61,908 nucleotides of DNA from the NCBI GenBank assembly GCA_002387605.1, contig DGJU01000046.1:24892-86799 (forward strand), in the 5' to 3' direction. This document shows, piece by piece, positions 60,011 to 61,908 of the stretch. This DNA comes from Alphaproteobacteria bacterium UBA4588. Its GTDB lineage: Bacteria; Pseudomonadota; Alphaproteobacteria; Puniceispirillales; Puniceispirillaceae. A model generated the notes under the pieces. It worked only from the letters and a program-made list of their open reading frames with translations. It made no database searches and was not told the origin of the DNA. Each line of letters starts with the position of its first letter. The stretch's first letter is position 1. The translations under genes and the position numbers were made by a program.

Positions 60011-61908
60011 ATGATGTTTTCAGATATTAAGCTCGTTCTTGGCCCGACCAACACAGGCAAAACATTTTATGCTGTTGATCGGATGATCGGTCATGCCTCT
60101 GGTATGATTGGGTTTCCATTGCGACTTCTGGCGCGGGAAAATTATGACAAGCTGGTGGCAAAGCTTGGGGCAGGGCAAGTTGCGCTCATCACGGGCGAAG
60201 AGAAAATCGTTCCGCCCCATGCCCGTTATTTTTGTTGCACTGTCGAAGCCATGCCGCTGGAACGTGATGTGGATTGTCTTGTTATCGATGAAGTCCAGCT
60301 TGCAGGCGATAGGGAGCGCGGCCATATCTTTACCGATAGGTTACTGCATGCACGCGGGCGTCAGGAAACGCTATTTCTCGGCGCTGAGACAATGCGCCGT
60401 CTGCTAAAAAAACTCTTTCCAGACGCTGAGCTTATTCGCCGGTCACGTCTGTCGCGTCTGTCATGGGCTGGCAGTAAGAAAGTAACACGCCTGCAACGGC
60501 GCTCAGCCATTGTCGCTTTTTCGGCAGCAGACGTATATCGGCTTGCTGAGCTGGTGCGCCGTCAGCGCGGCGGCGCTGCGGTTGTGATGGGCGCTCTCTC
60601 GCCGCGAACCCGCAATGCTCAGGTTGAGCTTTATCAGAATGGAGATGTCGATTTTCTGATTGCAACAGATGCAATCGGGATGGGATTGAATATGGATATC
60701 AGCCATGTTGCGCTTGCACAGGATGTCAAATTTGATGGCCGGCATATGCGCCATCTCAGCGCCTCTGAAATTGCCCAGATTGCCGGCCGAGCCGGACGTC
60801 ATGTTACCGATGGGACTTTTGGGGTGACGGAGGAAGCGCGCGTTCTTGAGCCGGAAATGATTGATGCAATTGAATCACACATATTTCCGGCAGTGCATAC
60901 GCTTTACTGGCGGTCCCGAAACCTTGATTTTAGCACAATGCGCGCGCTAACACGCTCATTTGAAGCGCAGCCGCCGCACTCTTTTATGTCACGAAAGGCA
61001 GATGCTGTTGACCAGCTTACGATGCAAGCCTTGTGTGAACGAAGTGAAATAGCAGCTCTTGCAAATAGTCCTGGCCGGATACGATTATTGTGGGATGTAG
61101 CGCAGATTCCTGATTTTCGGAATACCATGACCGATAGCCATGTTGTCATGCTAGCCCATATCTTTGACAGTCTTGCGCGCACTGGCGTGCTGGCAACAGA
61201 GTGGGTTGCAAATCAGATGCAACATCTGGATAGAATAGATGGCGATATAGATACTTTGATGACACGGATTGCCCATATTCGTACCTGGACCTATATAACC
61301 CATAAAAATGGCTGGACCGAAGCGGGTCAAAACTGGCAGGATCTTGCCAAATCAATAGAAGATAGGTTATCGGATGAGCTGCATAATAGGCTAACACAGC
61401 GCTTTGTTGACCGAAGAGCAGCACATCTATCGCGCAAATTAAGGGAATCGACTGTTTTGATGACATCAGTAAAACTAGACGGCACCGTCCTTGTCGAAGG
61501 TGAAGATGTAGGAAGCCTACATGGCTTTACCTTTACGCCAAGCCTGTCTGAAACAGATGAGAAGGCTGTGATACTTTCTGCTGCGCGCAAAGGCCTGCCA
61601 GACGAGATTGAGCGGCGTGTCTTCGCGCTTAGCCAGTCTGCTGACCCTGCTTTTGTCTTAACTGAATCAGGCAGAATAATGTGGCGGGAAGCTGAAATTG
61701 GCCGCTTATACCCAAGTGAACTTGTCTATGCGCCGCGAGTCGATGCTGTTGATAGCGACCTTCTGACGAGCGAACAGAAAGCGCGTATTCATGACAGGCT
61801 AGTGCGCTTTATGAGTGATCATATTAGCACGGTGCTTGAACCGCTTCTGGCATTATCGCGTCCCGATGAGGTAAGCCTACCAGCTGAGGCGAAGCCTGAT
61901 CCAAACAT
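60011..61908 (+). CDS. Suv3-like superfamily 2 ATP-dependent (RNA) helicase, 5'-partial view (runs off the window)
   Basis: Absent from the supplied ORF track because it has no stop codon in the window. I translated 632 codons by hand from ATG 60011 to the window edge and found no stop. Motifs: motif I GPTNTGKT, motif II DEVQ, motif V ATDAIGMGLN, motif VI QIAGRAGR. Confidence 0.85.
   Translation, partial: MMFSDIKLVLGPTNTGKTFYAVDRMIGHASGMIGFPLRLLARENYDKLVAKLGAGQVALITGEEKIVPPHARYFCCTVEAMPLERDVDCLVIDEVQLAGDRERGHIFTDRLLHARGRQETLFLGAETMRRLLKKLFPDAELIRRSRLSRLSWAGSKKVTRLQRRSAIVAFSAADVYRLAELVRRQRGGAAVVMGALSPRTRNAQVELYQNGDVDFLIATDAIGMGLNMDISHVALAQDVKFDGRHMRHLSASEIAQIAGRAGRHVTDGTFGVTEEARVLEPEMIDAIESHIFPAVHTLYWRSRNLDFSTMRALTRSFEAQPPHSFMSRKADAVDQLTMQALCERSEIAALANSPGRIRLLWDVAQIPDFRNTMTDSHVVMLAHIFDSLARTGVLATEWVANQMQHLDRIDGDIDTLMTRIAHIRTWTYITHKNGWTEAGQNWQDLAKSIEDRLSDELHNRLTQRFVDRRAAHLSRKLRESTVLMTSVKLDGTVLVEGEDVGSLHGFTFTPSLSETDEKAVILSAARKGLPDEIERRVFALSQSADPAFVLTESGRIMWREAEIGRLYPSELVYAPRVDAVDSDLLTSEQKARIHDRLVRFMSDHISTVLEPLLALSRPDEVSLPAEAKPDPN

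Noticed and set aside
60020-61590. Six - strand ORFs plus 60108-60407 (+), the only track entries for the last 1.9 kb
   Set aside because: They are shadows of the open-ended helicase frame starting at 60011, which carries ordered SF2 motifs. None has a recognisable motif.

Overview
This is a compact, almost entirely protein-coding stretch of an alphaproteobacterial chromosome. Hand spot counts give roughly 50% GC. Gene content and order resemble marine Rhodospirillales or SAR116-like genomes, but I cannot assign a taxon without a search. I call about 60 genes, nearly all core housekeeping. Main blocks: a late lipid A/Kdo operon (DUF374-waaA-lpxK-lpxL) divergent from msbA; pmbA and tldD; argC, ubiA, rsmE and plant-type gshA; the aa3 cytochrome oxidase cluster (coxB-ctaD-ctaB-small ORF-ctaG-ctaE-surf1); thrC, an M16 peptidase and a DsbD/ScsB-like reductase; ispH-thrB-rnhA; the F0 ATP synthase operon (atpI-B-E-F'-F); smc, dsbA, a DUF721/DciA-like gene and mutY; purH, a heparinase II/III-like gene and rsmB; a hisD-family gene, dusA and yciB; ccmABCD; and acnB. 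I found no rRNA, tRNA, CRISPR array, IS or transposase, integrase, or recognisable transcription factor. The most system-like item is a five-gene corrinoid (B12) methyl-transfer module at 49.3-54.5 kb: a B12-binding protein, a small unknown protein, a MetF-like reductase, a methyl-THF:corrinoid methyltransferase, and a 2Fe-2S/ASKHA reductive activator. It has no substrate-side methyltransferase in the neighbourhood. It is either a split, RamA-reactivated methionine synthase or the methyl-THF half of a demethylation pathway. Two real genes are not resolved by the supplied ORF track. One is a Suv3-like helicase that runs off the 3' edge (60011-61908). The other is a 43-44 aa membrane ORF between ctaB and ctaG. 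ccmD, atpE, atpF, atpI, the DUF1674 gene and several others are much shorter than the ORFs listed for them. All function calls come from motifs and gene order read by eye, with no database search.
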